Shown one piece after another: positions 62,845 to 64,000 of a DNA stretch of 64,000 nucleotides. This DNA comes from Lama guanicoe. Lineage: Eukaryota. The notes under the pieces were generated by a model. The model did no database searches, was not told the origin of the DNA, and worked only from the letters and a program-made list of their open reading frames with translations. The translations under genes were made by a program, and so were the position numbers. Within the stretch, counting starts at the first letter, position 1. The number at the start of each line of letters is the position of its first letter. The stretch lies in assembly GCA_013239625.1 (NCBI GenBank), contig MU053873.1, positions 1,874,524 to 1,938,523 on the forward strand, read 5' to 3'.

Positions 62845-63392
62845 TGTGACAGACTGTACTTCCCAAAGATGGTCACAGCAATATCTCCCATCCCTCATGC
62901 CCTTGTAGAACTTCACCAGTCCCTCAGCAAGAGGCGGAGTCTCAGTCCCCTTGAACCTGAACCTGGGTGAGCATTTGTGGTGATCACCTCAACCAAGAGT
63001 GTGCTGTGGAGGTGATGCCATGACTTTCAAGGCTAGGCCACAAAAATGCCATATACTTGTGCCTGGTTCTCTTGGGATGTTCGTCCTTAGATCCCCTGTT
63101 GTGAGGAAGCCCAAGCAGTCTGCAGAGAGGAAAGGAGACCCCGCAGTGCAGACAGTGTAGAGCCCTGGCTGAGCTCCCAGACAACAGCTAGGACCAACCT
63201 GCTGGCCACGTGGTCCTCCTAGCCGATCCCTGTGGTTGAATTGCCTCAGCTGATGCTGCGTGGAGCAGAGGTAAGCTGTCTCCATGGAGCCCTGCATAAA
63301 TGACAGGTTCACGAGCAAACAAAATGATCGTTATTGCTTTAAAGCACTAAGTCTTAGAGTGATCTGTTATGTAGCAGCCGCTTACTGGAACA
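62845..63392 (+). mobile_element. MLT1H-like solo LTR nested in a MIR
   Basis: TG...CA termini (tgtgacagactg...ctggaaca); caagaggcggagtct, gtgaggaagcccaagc, tgttatgtagcag; MIR sequence at about 62690-62844 appears to resume after 63392. Confidence 0.8.
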
Positions 63393-64000
63393 CGGAGTAG
63401 GTGACATAACGCACCTGAGCGGCTGAGCCCAGGACCACGAGCATTGTGCACTCTTTTTACACAGGAGACACTGAGCACGGAGACAGTGGTGGACTGGCTC
63501 AAGGTCACGCCGTTGCTGTGCATGGGTTCCAGCAATTGCTTTTGCTCCTTTTCTGCATGTGGAAGACATGACTGTTGGGTTCTGAGCCCATCCCAGGGAT
63601 GGGGGCCTAACCCCTCTCCCCAAAGATTTAACTTGCTCCCTTTGCTCAGAGCAGGGTTTACCAGCCAGGCATGGTTACCTCCAGACAGATTTGCTGCAAG
63701 TCTAACCCTTGATGGCTGCCCCCAGGAGGTAGGGCCAAGTGGTCCAGCTGGGCATTGGCAAGTGGAGGGCCCCTGAGGCAGGGAGGGGAGCATCTCTTGG
63801 CATCAGCCTTTGCTTCCTGTCGGCCTGCAGCTCGTCCTCGCAAGCATGAGATGCTATGAGAAAGGATCTGGGTGACTCTTTCCTCTTGGCATTCACAATA
63901 CTGTTAATTAAGCGGCCAAGGGAAGAGCAGGGCTGGCGCCAATGAGAGGACAATGGCCTGAAAAGGGAACAGAGAGACGCCCCAGCAGCGTCCCATGCTG

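Noticed and set aside
48920..64000. Second gene or lncRNA downstream of MN1
   Set aside because: No CpG island, recognisable protein similarity or coherent exon structure; mostly TE-derived; a lncRNA cannot be excluded from sequence alone

Overview
Mammalian genomic DNA containing the complete two-exon MN1 gene (MN1 proto-oncogene, transcriptional regulator) on the + strand. A CpG-island promoter and long 5'UTR (about 1.3-3.3 kb) precede coding exon 1 (3348-7125). A 38,373-bp GT-AG intron (7126-45498) leads to coding exon 2 (45499-45680) and a ~2.8-kb 3'UTR ending at AATAAA 48496-48501. The spliced CDS is 3960 nt (1319 aa). The first ~20 kb appear free of recognisable transposons and retain CpGs. 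The distal intron and downstream flank are rich in MIR/L2, with hAT MITEs (MER20, MER3, MER58A, MER45B), ERVL/MaLR LTRs, L1 fragments and three tRNA-derived SINEs resembling camelid Vic-1 (species inference: probably a camelid). There is a 66-N assembly gap at 50501-50566. I found no convincing new gene or novel system. The most notable observations are a swapped distribution of polyQ length between the two MN1 glutamine tracts, four uORFs, possible routes to a C-terminally replaced MN1, and several candidate cis-regulatory structures. Repeat family names come from recalled consensus sequences, not from a search.
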